Assembly (NCBI GenBank): GCA_951804945.1
Contig: OX638149.1
Location: forward strand, 42,284,001-42,348,000
DNA from: Podarcis cretensis
Lineage: Eukaryota
Direction: 5' to 3'
Length of the DNA stretch: 64,000 nt
The position numbers and the translations under genes are program-made. Under the pieces are notes generated by a model, which saw nothing but the letters and a program-made list of their open reading frames with translations, made no database searches and was not told the DNA's origin. Every line of letters begins with the position of its first letter. Within the stretch, counting starts at the first letter, position 1. Positions 63,135 to 64,000 of this stretch are shown piece after piece.

Positions 63135-64000
63135 CCTCTACCCCAGGTTTTTGAAGAAGGGGGTTAATACTGGCTGTTTCCTATTGACTGAGCCATGGGA
63201 AATGTCCACTTTTGAGTGGTGCCTAAACATCAACTTCACAAAGAAGTCTCAAAGGTAAGGCACCCTCCAAAATGCCATAAAATAACCAACTTTTCAGCCT
63301 TTATTATTCTTGATAATATCCCAAAAGAATGGCCAAAAATGTATAATTCACTTTTCCTATGTTACTCAAACTCCGTGTTGTGCTCACTGGCTAAAGATGG
63401 TTAGCTGGGAAATTAGAGTGCATTATGAAAATTAAAATTGTACATATGGTGTGTAATACATAATATATGTATCTGTTGAAATATGTTATACCAACTTGAC
63501 TATTGTATGCAGAAGATACAAAACATAAATATTACAGATTTACAGCTGAATGCTACTTTTTTTAAAAAAATGCAACTATTTTGTTAACCTTTGTCAAACT
63601 GAATTTATTTAAAGCTGAGCAAGTTTTTTTAACTTTTTTCCTGATAATATGGCAGCAGATTGCTCGGAGGGGAATGGTAAGTTAGTGAACATTTAGTCTG
63701 AGAAAGATGGGTTACTTGGGCTGTACTGTGAAATAACAGATTCTTATCAATAGGTTACTGAAACAGATACGCCACTCCATTAATCTGTTATTTTTTAACT
63801 TTGTGTAGGTGTTTTCATGAAGGAGGCATGCAGATGTAATTATTTCTTACTGCAGTTTATATCACATCTATATTTATCTAAACATGATGCAGTATTTACA
63901 TATTCATTTATTTCATCTAACAAACTTAAGATACTGTTTGTTCATAGGGTGATTCACATACCCCAGCCTTAATTAAGAGAACTCAGGGTGAACACTTACA

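Noticed and set aside
62781-63258. GC-rich ORFs suggesting a promoter or small gene
   Set aside because: Explained by an insertion flanked by an 8-bp TSD at 62809-63134.
63245-63262. Strong donor-like AAG|GTAAGG
   Set aside because: I found no convincing pyrimidine tract or acceptor upstream and no RyR-like peptide.

Overview
Vertebrate genomic DNA, almost certainly a squamate and probably a lacertid lizard (inferred from Sauria SINEs, a Bov-B LINE and squamate-type MITEs). The whole window lies inside a ryanodine receptor 3 (RYR3) gene on the + strand. I traced 33 consecutive internal coding exons from 1315 to 59750. They total 4386 nt (1462 codons), keep frame throughout, run from [10 protein letters not shown] to DSKSKMSK, and by size and phase correspond to RYR1 exons ~37-69. 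One intron has a GC donor (36185). The introns carry many transposons: an uninterrupted 5'-truncated Bov-B, two L1 copies, CR1 and L2 fragments, DIRS remnants, a solo LTR nested in another LTR-like element, Penelope-like fragments with decayed hammerhead motifs, Sauria and other SINEs, and Tc1/mariner and hAT MITEs. There is a 156-N assembly gap at 6545-6700. I see no convincing wholly new biological system. The best leads are a candidate in-frame microexon at the RyR 'ASI' splice position, a TSD-flanked 1.6-kb non-coding L1-like retroposon, two long sense-strand RNA hairpins, and a DIRS remnant with both termini.
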